In this document: in pieces, positions 47,450 through 57,093 of the stretch | Position numbering within the stretch: position 1 is the stretch's first letter | Layout of the letters: each line of letters starts with the position of its first letter | Origin: an uncultured Gemmatimonadales bacterium | GTDB lineage: Bacteria; Gemmatimonadota; Gemmatimonadetes; Longimicrobiales; Longimicrobiaceae | Assembly (NCBI GenBank): GCA_963716255.1 | Contig: OY970303.1 | Span: 6,880,001-6,944,000 of the forward strand | Length of the DNA stretch: 64,000 bases | Direction: 5' to 3' | Translations under genes and position numbers: made by a program | The notes under the pieces: generated by a model | Told to the model about the DNA's origin: nothing | Databases searched by the model: none | The model's input: the letters and a program-made list of their open reading frames with translations, nothing else

Positions 47450-48892
47450 GTGAGCGCCCCCCCCGGCCTGGCCGCCCCCCCGGAGCCCGCCGCCGCGCAG
47501 GCCGACGGCCAGCTCGGCAGCGGCGCCGTGCGGGCGCTCCGCAGGGAGCTGCGCGGCGCCGTGCTCGTCCCCGGGGACCCGGGGTACGACGACGCCCGCC
47601 GGGTCTACAACGGCCGCGTGGACCGGCGCCCGGCCGCCATCGCGCGCTGCGCCGGCCCCGCCGACGTGCTCGCCGCGCTCCGCTTCGCCCGGGGCGAGGG
47701 GCTGCGGCCGGCGGTGCGGGGCGGAGGGCACTCCGCCGCCGGCCACGGCGTGTGCGAGGGGGGGCTGGTCATCGACCTGTCCGCCATGAAGGGGGTGCGC
47801 GTGGACCCGGCGCGGCGGACCGTGCGCGCGCAGGCGGGGCTCACCTGGGGCGAGCTGGACCACGAGACCCAGGCGTTCGGCCTGGCCACCCCCGGCGCGC
47901 GCATCTCGTCCGCGGGGATCGCGGGGGTGACGCTGGGCGGCGGATACGGCTGGCTGATGCGCCGGCACGGGCTGGCGGTGGACAACCTGCTGTCCGTGGA
48001 GCTGGCCACCGCCGACGGCCGCCTGGCGACCGCCAGCGCGAGCGAGAACCCGGAGCTCTTCTGGGGCCTGCGCGGCGGCGGCGGCAACTTCGGGATCGCC
48101 ACCTCGCTGGTGTACCGGCTGCACCCCGTGGGCCCCCTGGTCACCGGGGGGATGGCCTTCTGGCCGGCGGAGCGGCACGCCGAAGTGCTCCGCTTCTACC
48201 GCGGCCTCATGTCCGCCGCGCCCGACGACCTGTCCGCGCTCTGCAACTTCCTCCTCCTCCCGCCCGCGCCGTTCGTCCCGCCCCACCGGGTGGGCACGCC
48301 GGTCGTCGCCATCGCCGTGTGCCACACCGGCACCCCGGAGGAGGCCCGCCGCGACCTGTCGCCGCTGGGCGAGCTGGGGGAGCCGCTGATCGACCGCATC
48401 GGCCCCATGCCGTACCTCAGGCTGCAGCGCATGTACGACGCGGCCGGCGTCTTCGGGCGGCGGACGCACGGCCGCTGCGGCCACCTGGCGGGGCTGGGCG
48501 ACGGCGCCGTGGACGCGCTGGCGGAGCATGCCGCGCGCATCCCCTCCCCGTACTCCATCGTCATGGTGTCCGCGCTGGGCGGCGCGGTGGCGCGGGTGGG
48601 CGAGCACGACACCGCCTTCGGCCACCGCCGCACCCCGTTCGACGCCGCCGTGGACGCCGTGTGGACCGACCCGCGGGACGACGCGCGGCACTTCCGCTGG
48701 GCGGACGACGCCTGGCGGGCGGTGCGGCCCTTCACCGCCGGCGTGTACGTCAACGAGCTGGGCGACGAGGGCCCCGAGCGCGTGCGGGAAGCGTATCCCC
48801 CGGCGACCTTCCGGCGCCTGGCCGCCCTCAAGGCGGCGTGGGACCCGGACAACCTGTTCCGCCTCAACCAGAACGTCCCCCCGTCCGCGTGA
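47450..48892 (+). CDS. BBE-like FAD-linked oxidase
   Basis: RGGGHS (covalent-FAD His), LFWGLRGGGGNFG, YVN, K.AWDPDNLFRLNQN. Confidence 0.92.
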   Translation: MSAPPGLAAPPEPAAAQADGQLGSGAVRALRRELRGAVLVPGDPGYDDARRVYNGRVDRRPAAIARCAGPADVLAALRFARGEGLRPAVRGGGHSAAGHGVCEGGLVIDLSAMKGVRVDPARRTVRAQAGLTWGELDHETQAFGLATPGARISSAGIAGVTLGGGYGWLMRRHGLAVDNLLSVELATADGRLATASASENPELFWGLRGGGGNFGIATSLVYRLHPVGPLVTGGMAFWPAERHAEVLRFYRGLMSAAPDDLSALCNFLLLPPAPFVPPHRVGTPVVAIAVCHTGTPEEARRDLSPLGELGEPLIDRIGPMPYLRLQRMYDAAGVFGRRTHGRCGHLAGLGDGAVDALAEHAARIPSPYSIVMVSALGGAVARVGEHDTAFGHRRTPFDAAVDAVWTDPRDDARHFRWADDAWRAVRPFTAGVYVNELGDEGPERVREAYPPATFRRLAALKAAWDPDNLFRLNQNVPPSA

Positions 48893-48909
48893 GCGCAAGG
48901 AGGCCCACC

Positions 48910-49947
48910 ATGTCCACCCAGACCGAGCCGGTCGCCGAGGCCCCGGACGCCGTGCTGGCCGGAGCCCGCATCGGCTACCTGATCCTGTACGTGTACGACG
49001 TCGCCGAGTCGCGCGATTTCTACGAGCGCAGGCTGGGGCTGCGGGTGATCGAGGCGGACGAGGACACGGTCAAGCTGGACGCCGGGCGGGTGATCCTCGC
49101 GCTCCACCGCGCGGCCGACTACGGCGTGGTCCTCGCCGGCCGGCGCGACGACGCCTCCGACGTGGTCTTCCTGGTGGACGACCTCAACGCCGCCCGCGCC
49201 GACCTGGAGGCGCGCGGCGTCGCCTTCATCCGCCGCCGCACCTACGAGATCGGCCGCGTGACCGACTTCTACGATCCCAACGGCCACCGGCTGATGATTT
49301 ACGAGCCCTCCGCCACCGCGCTCTCCTGGCCCAGCGCGGCCAAGCTGCGCGAGGTGTGGCGGGCGTGCGGCAGGGGAGGAGCGGAGCTGATCGGCCCGCC
49401 CGCCGCCGAGCTCCCCGCGGACGCCGGCCTGGGGCTGGACGGCAAGCCGCTGGTCTACCTGTTCATGTTCGTCCCCTCCTCCGCCGAGGCCGACGCCTTC
49501 TACGAGGGCGCGCTGGGGCTCCTGCCGGTGGAGCGCGTGCACTGCTGCAACCCGGCGTGCCCGCCGGAGGAAAAGGGGATCGCCAAGTACGACGCGGGCG
49601 GCATGCTGCTCACCACCCACCACATCCACCGGAGCCCCGTGGTGGACGACTTCGGGCGGGTGTACTCGCCGCGCGCGCTGGACCCGGAGCACACCCGCGG
49701 CATCGCCCCCGTCTTCCTGGTGAGCGACATCCGCGGCGCGGTGGAGCGGCTGGAAGCGCGCGGCGTCCGCTTCACCCAGGGACCGGTGAAGTCGCAGATC
49801 GGCGACGTGGCGCGCCTGGAAGCATCCACCGGGCACGCCTTCTTCCTCTACCAGCCCTGGGCCGAAGTGCTCAAGTGGCCCGCGGGCGCGAAGGTGGGGG
49901 AGATCCTGGCGGAGCCGGCCGGCGCGGCCGGGGGGAGGGAGCCATGA
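48910..49947 (+). CDS. VOC family protein (two domains), paralog of 43419-44420
   Basis: LYVYDVAESRDFYERRLGL, FYDPNGHRL, KYDAGG; internal HCCNPAC. Confidence 0.88.
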   Translation: MSTQTEPVAEAPDAVLAGARIGYLILYVYDVAESRDFYERRLGLRVIEADEDTVKLDAGRVILALHRAADYGVVLAGRRDDASDVVFLVDDLNAARADLEARGVAFIRRRTYEIGRVTDFYDPNGHRLMIYEPSATALSWPSAAKLREVWRACGRGGAELIGPPAAELPADAGLGLDGKPLVYLFMFVPSSAEADAFYEGALGLLPVERVHCCNPACPPEEKGIAKYDAGGMLLTTHHIHRSPVVDDFGRVYSPRALDPEHTRGIAPVFLVSDIRGAVERLEARGVRFTQGPVKSQIGDVARLEASTGHAFFLYQPWAEVLKWPAGAKVGEILAEPAGAAGGREP

Positions 49948-50957
49948 AGCTCCTGGTGCTGGGCGGCACGGTGTTCCTGGGCCGCCACCTGGTGGAAGCC
50001 GCGCTGGCGCGGGGCCACGAGGTCACCCTCTTCAACCGCGGCAGGCACAATCCCGATCTCTTCCCGGAGTGCGAGAAGCTGCGCGGCGACCGCGACGGCG
50101 GCCTGGACGCGCTTCGCGGCCGGCGCTGGGACGCCGTGGTGGACACCTCCGGGCACGTGCCGCGGCTGGTGCGCGACTCGGCGGAGCTGCTGGCGGACGC
50201 CGTGGAGCACTACACCTTCGTGTCCACGCTCGCCGCGTACGCCGACTTCCCGGCCGTCCCGGGGATCGACGAGAGCCGTCCCCTCGCCGCGCCGGAGGAC
50301 CCCTTCGCCGAGGAAGTGGACTTCCGCACCCTGGGCCCGCTCAAGGCGCTCTGCGAGCGGGCCGCCGCGGCGGCCCTGCCGGGGCGGGTGCTCGCCGTGC
50401 GCGCCGGGCTGCTGGCCGGCCCGCACGACCCCACCGACCGCTTCACCTACTGGCCCCGCCGCGTCGCGCGGGGCGGGGAAGTGCTCGCGCCGGCCGGGCC
50501 GTGGCTGCGGGTGCAGCTGGTGGACGCGCGCGACCTGGCCGCGTGGATCGTCCGCATGGCCGAGGCGCGCGGCACGGGCGCCTTCAACGCCACGGGACCC
50601 GCCCGCCCGCTCACCCTGGGCGAGCTGCTGGACACGTGCAGGGCCGAGAGCGGGAGCGACGCCCGCTTCGCGTGGATGGACGAGCGCAGCCTGCTGCGGG
50701 CCGGCGTGGGGCGCAGGATGGAATTGCCGCTGTGGATGCCCGGCGCCCCCGGCGCCGCGTCGGCGGACTGCCGCCGCGCCCTTGCCGCCGGGCTCGCCTT
50801 CCGCCCGCTCGCGGACACGGTGCGCGACACCCGCGCGTGGGACGCGTCCCGGCCCGCGGACGCCAAGCGCCGCGCCGGGCTGGATCCCGCGCGCGAGGCC
50901 GAGCTGCTGGAGGCCCTGCGCGCCGCGCCCGCCGGGGCGGTGCCCGCCGGGGCCTGA
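49944..50957 (+). CDS. NAD-dependent epimerase/dehydratase (atypical SDR)
   Basis: MKLLVLGGTVFLG, FNRG, GP.KALCE, DRFTYW. Confidence 0.9.
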   Translation: MKLLVLGGTVFLGRHLVEAALARGHEVTLFNRGRHNPDLFPECEKLRGDRDGGLDALRGRRWDAVVDTSGHVPRLVRDSAELLADAVEHYTFVSTLAAYADFPAVPGIDESRPLAAPEDPFAEEVDFRTLGPLKALCERAAAAALPGRVLAVRAGLLAGPHDPTDRFTYWPRRVARGGEVLAPAGPWLRVQLVDARDLAAWIVRMAEARGTGAFNATGPARPLTLGELLDTCRAESGSDARFAWMDERSLLRAGVGRRMELPLWMPGAPGAASADCRRALAAGLAFRPLADTVRDTRAWDASRPADAKRRAGLDPAREAELLEALRAAPAGAVPAGA

Positions 50958-50966
50958 CGCGGATGT

Positions 50967-51009
50967 GAGCAAGGCCGGAGAAGGCGCCGCAGCGGCGGCG
51001 GATTACGAT
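50967..51009 (+). promoter_or_regulatory. Regulon motif plus -10 box upstream of the SnoaL gene
   Basis: GAGCAAGGCCGGAGAAG-N20-TACGAT. Confidence 0.75.
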
Positions 51010-51062
51010 CCGGGGGAGTGGGGAAGGGGCCGCAAGGAATACTCAGAACCAGGGAGGATCCG

Positions 51063-51608
51063 ATGCCCGAAGACAAGCTGGAAAAGAACAAGCAGATCGT
51101 GCGCCGCATGCTGGATGCGTTCAACTCGGGGGACACCGCCGCCGTGGCGGAGCTGATCAGCCCCACCGTCAACGACAAGAGCCGCAAGCTCGGCCTGGAG
51201 CCGGAGCTCCGCGCCGCCCATCCGCACAAGCGCGTGCAGACCGAGATCATGCGCGAGAAGGAGGCCTTCCCGGACCGCAAGTTCAAGATCGAGTCCATCG
51301 TGGCCGAGGGCGACATGGTCATCCTGCGCTGGTCCATGACGGGCACGCACAAGGGCAAGCTGCTGGACAAGCCGCCCACGGGGAGAAAGGTCAAGACCTA
51401 CGGCACCGAGATCGTCAAGATCGTGGACGGCAAGATCGTGGAGCACGACGACGACGCCACCCACGTGCTGGACATCCTGGGGCAGCTGGACATGCTGACG
51501 CCGGACGTCATGACCAAGCGGGAGCTCAAGGACGACCGCAAGAACGACGACGAGCCCGGCCTGGGCCGCCCGGACAAGCCCGTCGGTGGTGGGCCCAAGC
51601 CGCGCTGA
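51063..51608 (+). CDS. SnoaL-like ester cyclase (NTF2 fold)
   Basis: NKQIVRR, AFPD…IE..VAEGD.V, GTHKG…PPTGRKV, DGKIVEH; GGAGG RBS. Confidence 0.9.
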   Translation: MPEDKLEKNKQIVRRMLDAFNSGDTAAVAELISPTVNDKSRKLGLEPELRAAHPHKRVQTEIMREKEAFPDRKFKIESIVAEGDMVILRWSMTGTHKGKLLDKPPTGRKVKTYGTEIVKIVDGKIVEHDDDATHVLDILGQLDMLTPDVMTKRELKDDRKNDDEPGLGRPDKPVGGGPKPR

Positions 51609-51645
51609 CGTGAACGGGGACGGCGGGGTTCGAACGGACGGATTT

Positions 51646-51795
51646 GGGCGTGCCCCCGGCTGGCGCCGGGGTCGGGCTTCGGCTCCGTAGGGCTGCAAAC
51701 GACGCAGCCCAACGGAGTCGAGCCCCGGCAAACTGCCGCCGGGTCTCGCCCCTTCGGGCCGTAATCCCTCACGCGGGGCTCGCGCTGGCGTCCGC
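51646..51795 (-). repeat. Structured dispersed repeat, copy 4 (overlaps the A-T-R stop)
   Basis: Near-identical to copies 1 and 5. Confidence 0.9.
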
Positions 51796-54700
51796 GGGGG
51801 TCCCCACCCGGCTCGCTTCCCCGCGTCGTACCTCTTCACCGCGGCCGCCGGCGAGGGATCGCAGGTAGGCGCCGAGAAGCACCCGGTCCGCCGGCGGGAA
51901 AACGATCCCGCCGGCGGACAGCGTCTGCAGGGTGCGCCGGCAGTCGAAGCGGGGCGTGCCCCGCACGGTGGGGATCCCGTGCTCCCGCGCGAGGAGGGGA
52001 AGCAGCGGCTCCAGCGCGTTCTCCTCGCCGCCCGCGAGGCTCGCGAGCAGCGCGGCGCGCCAGCGCTCCGCCGGCACCACGCGCAGCGGGTGCCCCAGCC
52101 GGCGCAGCTCCGCCACCAGCTCGCTCCAGGGGAGCCGCGCCGGGTTCATCAGGTGGAAGTCCCGCCCGGGCGGGTCCGGCAGGCGCGACAGGTGGACCAC
52201 GGCCCGGGCCACGGAGTCCACCGGGGCCATGTCCAGGAGCACGTCCAGGTCGGGCGCGCTCCCCAGCTGGACACAGCCGCGGACCAGCCGCGACAGGAGG
52301 TCGCCGGGGTTCCCCCGCCCGGAGCGGCTGTCGCCCGTGATGCGGGCCGGGCGGTGGATGCACGCCGGGAGCCCGCGCGAGCGCGCCTCCGCCACCAGCA
52401 GCTCGGCCACCCGCTTGCTCCGCGCGTAGCCGTCCTCCAGCGCGGCGGGGCCGCCGGGCTCGTCCTCCTCCCCCACCCGGTCCGCCGCCGAGCCGCCCCG
52501 CGCCAGGAAGACGGACAGGGTGGAGACGAAGTGCACCGGCTTGCGCTTCGTCGTGCTCGCCAGCCGCAGCACCTCCACGGTCCCCCCCACGTTCGCCGCC
52601 CGCAGCAGCGGGTACGGGTACACGAAGTTGACCAGGCCGCCCGCGTGGTACACGGCGTCCACCGTGGCCGCCAGCCGCGCGAAGTCGTCGTCCGCGAGCC
52701 CCAGCCGCGGCGCGGCCAGGTCGCCGGGGAGCGCCAAGACGCGGCCCGCGTACCGCTCCCGCCACAGGCCGTGGGCTCCGAGGCCGTCGCGGATGCGCCG
52801 GAGGCCACGCGCCGCGTCCGGGGCGCGCACCAGGCAGTGGACGTCCGCCCCGGTCCGCTCCAGCAGCTCGTGCAGGAGGAAGGCGCCCAGGAAGCCGCTC
52901 GCACCGGTGAGGAGGAGCGCCGCGGGTTCGGCCGCGTCCGCCGGGACCGCCAGGTCCGGGCGGATCGCCGGGTCCAGCGCGGCCTCCGCGCTCCAGTCGA
53001 TCCCTCCGCGTCCGCGCGGCCGGCCGGGGCCGGGCGCGCGCCCCGCCTCCACCAGCCGCGCCAGGGCGCGCACCGTGGGCGCCTCCAGGAAGCGCTCCGC
53101 CGGCGGCTCCACCCCGAACGCCTCCCCCACCCGGCGGAGGAGCCGGGCCACGAGCAGCGAGTGGCCGCCCAGGTCGAAGAAGCCGTCCGCCCTCCCCACC
53201 CGCTCCCGCCCCAGCACCCCGGCCCAGATCCCCGCCAGCCGCTCCTCCACCGCGCCGCGGGGAGCCGCGAACCCGGCGCCCTCCCCCGTCCCGTCCGCGC
53301 CGGGGGCGGGGAGGGCGCGCCGGTCCGTCTTGCCGTTGGGGGTCCGCGGCAGGTCGGCGAGGACCACGAAGTCCCGCGGGACCATGGGCTCCGGCAGCAG
53401 CCCGCGAAGGAAGGCGCGCAGCCCGGCGGGCGCGCACTCCGCCCCCGGGCGCGGCACCACGTAGGCCACCAGGCGCACGCCGGAGGCGGCGTCCTCGCGG
53501 GCCACGACCACCCCCTCGCGCACCGCCGGGTGCCGGCCCAGCACCGCCTCCACCTCGCCCGGCTCCACGCGGACGCCTCGCACCTTCACCTGCTCGTCCA
53601 CGCGCCCCACGAACTCCAGCTCGCCGTCCGGCCGCAGGCGCACCCGGTCGCCCGTCCGGTAGAGCCGCGCGCCCCCCGCGAAGGGGTCGGGGACGAAGCG
53701 CTCCGCCGTCGGGCCGGGGCGCAGGAGGTATCCCCGCGCCACCCCCACCCCGCCCACGTACAGCTCGCCCGGCGCGCCGTCCGGCACCGGCTCCATCTCG
53801 CCGTCCAGCAGGTGGACGCGCACCCCGGCGATGGGGCGCCCGATGGGCGGCGGCGAGCCGTCCGCAGCGCACACGAACATGGTGTTGCAGATGCTCGCCT
53901 CGGTGGGGCCGTAGGTGTTGACGAAGCGGCGGCCCGGCGCCCAGCGGGCCACCGTCTCCGCCGGGCAGGCCTCCCCGCCCACCACGATGCACGCCAGGGC
54001 GGGGAGCTTCGCGTCCGGCAGCGCCGCCAGCGCCGAGGGCGGCATCATCACCGTGGTGACCGCCTCCTCCCGCAGCAGCCGCACCAGTCCCGGTCCGGGG
54101 AGCAGCTCCGCCGGGGTTCCCAGGCAGAGCCGGGCCCCCGACGTCAGCGCCGTGAAGATCTCGGCCGCCGCCACGTCGAAGCCCAGGGCGACGAACTGGA
54201 GGACCCGGCTCTCCGGCCCCACCCCGTAGGCGCGGACCTTGGCCGCGACCACGTTGCACAGGCCGCGGTGCGGCACCATCACGCCCTTGGGGGTGCCCGT
54301 GGAGCCCGAGGTGTAGACGACGTACGCCAGGTTGTCGGGCGCCGCGCCGCCGTCCACCCGCTCCGCGCTCTCCCCCTCGATCGCCGCCCGGTCGCGGTCC
54401 AGGCACACCGCGCGCGCGCCGCCGGAGGCAGGCGCCGCGTCCGGGCGCCCGCCGGTCACCAGCACCGCCGCCCCCGCGTCCTCCAGGATCAGGGCGAGCC
54501 GCCCGGCCGGGTACGCCGGGTCCAGGGGAACGTAGGCGCCGCCCGCCTTGAGCACGCCCAGCAGCGCCGCCACCATCTCCGGCGACCGCTCCACGCACAC
54601 CCCCACCCGCGTCTCCGGCCCCACCCCCAGCCGGCGCAGGCGGCGCGCCAGCCGGTTGGCCCGCGCGTCCAGCTCGCGGTACGACGTCCGCCCGCCGCGA

Positions 54701-54801
54701 AAGGTGAGCGCGACCGCGCCGGGCGTGCGCTCCGCCCGCGCCTCGAAGAGCCGGTGGATGCAGGAGTCCGGGGGGAGGCCGGCGGCGCCGCCGCCGCTCA
54801 T
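51769..54801 (-). CDS. Stand-alone NRPS-like A-T-R (thioester reductase) enzyme
   Basis: [51 protein letters not shown] 54801 overlaps the upstream stop. Confidence 0.92.
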   Translation of the reverse strand: MSGGGAAGLPPDSCIHRLFEARAERTPGAVALTFRGGRTSYRELDARANRLARRLRRLGVGPETRVGVCVERSPEMVAALLGVLKAGGAYVPLDPAYPAGRLALILEDAGAAVLVTGGRPDAAPASGGARAVCLDRDRAAIEGESAERVDGGAAPDNLAYVVYTSGSTGTPKGVMVPHRGLCNVVAAKVRAYGVGPESRVLQFVALGFDVAAAEIFTALTSGARLCLGTPAELLPGPGLVRLLREEAVTTVMMPPSALAALPDAKLPALACIVVGGEACPAETVARWAPGRRFVNTYGPTEASICNTMFVCAADGSPPPIGRPIAGVRVHLLDGEMEPVPDGAPGELYVGGVGVARGYLLRPGPTAERFVPDPFAGGARLYRTGDRVRLRPDGELEFVGRVDEQVKVRGVRVEPGEVEAVLGRHPAVREGVVVAREDAASGVRLVAYVVPRPGAECAPAGLRAFLRGLLPEPMVPRDFVVLADLPRTPNGKTDRRALPAPGADGTGEGAGFAAPRGAVEERLAGIWAGVLGRERVGRADGFFDLGGHSLLVARLLRRVGEAFGVEPPAERFLEAPTVRALARLVEAGRAPGPGRPRGRGGIDWSAEAALDPAIRPDLAVPADAAEPAALLLTGASGFLGAFLLHELLERTGADVHCLVRAPDAARGLRRIRDGLGAHGLWRERYAGRVLALPGDLAAPRLGLADDDFARLAATVDAVYHAGGLVNFVYPYPLLRAANVGGTVEVLRLASTTKRKPVHFVSTLSVFLARGGSAADRVGEEDEPGGPAALEDGYARSKRVAELLVAEARSRGLPACIHRPARITGDSRSGRGNPGDLLSRLVRGCVQLGSAPDLDVLLDMAPVDSVARAVVHLSRLPDPPGRDFHLMNPARLPWSELVAELRRLGHPLRVVPAERWRAALLASLAGGEENALEPLLPLLAREHGIPTVRGTPRFDCRRTLQTLSAGGIVFPPADRVLLGAYLRSLAGGRGEEVRRGEASRVGTPADASASPA

Positions 54802-55481
54802 GCGGGGGGATACTCCAGGCCGTGCGCGAGCGCCGCCTCGCGCACCGCGGGCTCCAGGCGGGGTGGGACCGCGTCCCCGAAGCGCTCCAGGTACGCCCTG
54901 AGCGTGGCCGGGTCCCGGGTCAGGAACTTGGCGTCCGTGCGCACCATGTGGCGGATGACCAGGAGCGGCACCGGGCTGCGGAGGGGCCGGAAGGCCTCGT
55001 TCCACAGCGCCGGCTCCCCGCAGCCCGCGTGGAACTGGCCGATCATCAGCCCCTCCGCCACGAAGGCCGGCTTCAGGGCGGCCTGCACGGCGTCCACGAC
55101 CGCGGGGGCCCGGCCCTCGGGCAGGTCGGGGAAGAGGATGAGGATCGCCTTGTACTGCGCCTCCCGCTCCGCCGTCGGCTCCAGATGGAGGAACCAGTCC
55201 CGGTACCTCGCGGCCGCGGCGGCGACCCGCTCCGGCGTGGGGTCCGCGCCCGGCTGGATCGCCAGCCAGAAGAGCGCCCGCTCCATCGACGGCTCCGTGT
55301 ACGGGCACACCGGGCCCTCCCGCCCCAGCAGGGGGTGGGGCCGGCAGAGGTAGGCGCGCGCCCAGTCCACGACCTCCTGCGCGCATGCCCGGTAGGCGCG
55401 CAGGGGGTCGGGGAGCGCGCCGCGCGCGACGTCGTCCGGATCGAGCAGGTGGAGCGCGGGATCTGTCGGCGAGACACGCAT
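54798..55481 (-). CDS. Conserved hypothetical protein (DUF6875-like, [10 protein letters not shown] motif)
   Basis: W…[37 protein letters not shown]…D; the family label is from memory. Confidence 0.7.
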   Translation of the reverse strand: MRVSPTDPALHLLDPDDVARGALPDPLRAYRACAQEVVDWARAYLCRPHPLLGREGPVCPYTEPSMERALFWLAIQPGADPTPERVAAAAARYRDWFLHLEPTAEREAQYKAILILFPDLPEGRAPAVVDAVQAALKPAFVAEGLMIGQFHAGCGEPALWNEAFRPLRSPVPLLVIRHMVRTDAKFLTRDPATLRAYLERFGDAVPPRLEPAVREAALAHGLEYPPA

Positions 55482-55530
55482 GCTCAGCTCCGTCTCGCTG
55501 CGGCGTCACGGAACGGCGGGGCCGACCCGG

Positions 55531-55639
55531 ACGTTAGCTCCCCGGCCGCGCCCGGCCTTCTCCCCGGTTGCTCACCTCCGCGCGCCCCGGCCCGCCGCGC
55601 AACCCCGGAGAAGACGGCGGGCGCGCGAGGCCGCATCCT
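55531..55639. promoter_or_regulatory. Divergent pair of regulon motifs, each with a -10 box
   Basis: Minus: GAGCAACCGGGGAGAAG (55557-55573)-N20-TAACGT. Plus: GCGCAACCCCGGAGAAG (55597-55613)-N20-CATCCT. Confidence 0.75.
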
Positions 55640-55737
55640 GCGCCGTGGACCGGCAGGCGCGGCGGCCCGGACCCTGCGGTCGTTCGTGGACGGGGCCCGG
55701 CTCGGTGGTCCCCACCCTCCAGCCAAAGGACGGAGCG

Positions 55738-56160
55738 ATGATCAAGGGCATGCACGTGACGGTCTACACGCGCCACGCGGACGAGCTCAAGGAGTTCCTG
55801 CGGGACAAGCTGGAGCTGCCGTTCACCGACGTGGGCCACGGGTGGCTCATCTTCGACGTCGCCGCGGGCGAGGTCGCGGCCCACCCCGTGGACTGGGACG
55901 GAGAGGGCGAAGGGGGAGGCGAGGAAGGCGGGGGAGCGGAGGGCGACGACCGGGAGCCGCCCGCCCCCGGCGAGGCGCAGCTCTCCTTTTACTGCGACGA
56001 CATCGAAGCGGAGATGCGCCGGCTCCGGGACAAGGGGGTGGAGTTCACCACCGGCGTGGAAGACCAGGGGTGGGGGCTGCTCGCCACCATCCGCGTGACT
56101 CCGGACGTGCAGGTGGACCTGTACCAGCCGCGGTACGAGAGGGATCCGTCGCACGGGTGA
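55738..56160 (+). CDS. VOC family protein
   Basis: MIKGMH…FLRDKL…DVGHGWLIF, SFYCDDI, DQGWG, LYQPRY. Confidence 0.88.
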   Translation: MIKGMHVTVYTRHADELKEFLRDKLELPFTDVGHGWLIFDVAAGEVAAHPVDWDGEGEGGGEEGGGAEGDDREPPAPGEAQLSFYCDDIEAEMRRLRDKGVEFTTGVEDQGWGLLATIRVTPDVQVDLYQPRYERDPSHG

Positions 56161-56186
56161 GGGCGGGTTTCTGAACTGCGGGATCT

Positions 56187-56340
56187 GGGCGTGCCCCCGG
56201 CTGGCGCCGGGGTCGGGCTTCGGCTCCGTAGGGCTGCAAACAACGCAGCCCAACGGAGTCGAGCCCCGGCGGAAACAGCCCCGCCGGGTCTCGCCCCTTC
56301 GGGCCGAAATCCCTCACGCGGGGCCCGCGCTGGCGTCCGC
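56187..56340 (-). repeat. Structured dispersed repeat, copy 5
   Basis: Near-identical to copy 1. Confidence 0.9.
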
Positions 56341-56345
56341 GGGGG

Positions 56346-56455
56346 CCCCCTCCCCCGCAAGCGGGAGAGGGGACAACCGCACAGCGTCCAGCCGTTGCCC
56401 CCTCTCCCAGAATTGGGAGAGGGTGGCGAGCCTCAAGCGAGCCGGGTGAGGGCCG
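56346..56455. repeat. REP-like palindrome doublet adjoining repeat copy 5
   Basis: CCCCCTCCCCCGC-aa-GCGGGAGAGGGG and CCCTCTCCCA-gaat-TGGGAGAGGG. Confidence 0.8.
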
Positions 56456-56494
56456 TCTGGGCCGCCGGGTGGGGGCCCTGCGCCCCCGCCGGGA

Positions 56495-56872
56495 TCACTT
56501 CCCCGCGTCGTACTTCTTCACCACGGTCTTGGGCGCCGTCCGCCGCCAGGCTTCCAGCAGCAGCTCGCGCATCAGTTTGGCGTCCGCCTCCGCGAGGCGC
56601 GCGTGCACCCAGCCGTAGCGGCCCACGAAGTCGGCGATGGAAAAGGTGTCGGGGTCCGAGGAGATGAGCAGCCCCTGCTCCTCCAGCGACGCCTTCACCG
56701 TCGCCGCGCTGCCGTCCGGCGCCAGGGTGAAGAAGATCTTGTCCCGCACCCGGAAGGTCGGGTGTCCCCACGTCTCCCGCTCGTCCACGCCTGGGAGCGA
56801 CAGCGCCAGCTCCCGCAGCTCCTCCGCGAGCTTCGCCGCCGCGTCCCCGCCCGTGCCTGTCTCCGATCTCAC
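56495..56872 (-). CDS. MmcQ/YjbR-family protein
   Basis: LALSLPGV.E..TWGHPTFRVRDKIF, GRYGWV, LLEAWRRTAPK; start GTG 56872 or ATG 56911. Confidence 0.88.
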   Translation of the reverse strand: MRSETGTGGDAAAKLAEELRELALSLPGVDERETWGHPTFRVRDKIFFTLAPDGSAATVKASLEEQGLLISSDPDTFSIADFVGRYGWVHARLAEADAKLMRELLLEAWRRTAPKTVVKKYDAGK

Positions 56873-56932
56873 CGTCTCGCTCCCTGTCTGGCGGTGGGTC
56901 CGCGGCGGCATCCTGCCGCCCCGCTTCGCGGG

Positions 56933-57022
56933 ATGATAGCACGCGTGCGGCGCGCCGGCATCTCCCGGGTTGCTCGGCGGAGCAATCCCGGAGAAGACGC
57001 CCGGCTGGCGCGCCTCCATCGT
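56933..57022. promoter_or_regulatory. Divergent pair of regulon motifs, each with a -10 box
   Basis: Minus: GAGCAACCCGGGAGATG (56959-56975)-N20-TATCAT. Plus: GAGCAATCCCGGAGAAG (56980-56996)-N20-CATCGT. Confidence 0.75.
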
Positions 57023-57093
57023 GCGGCAGCGGTGGAGATGCGCCGTCGGGCCGCGGCGGCCCCGTCTGTTCGGCACACGCGAAAGGAGACCCT

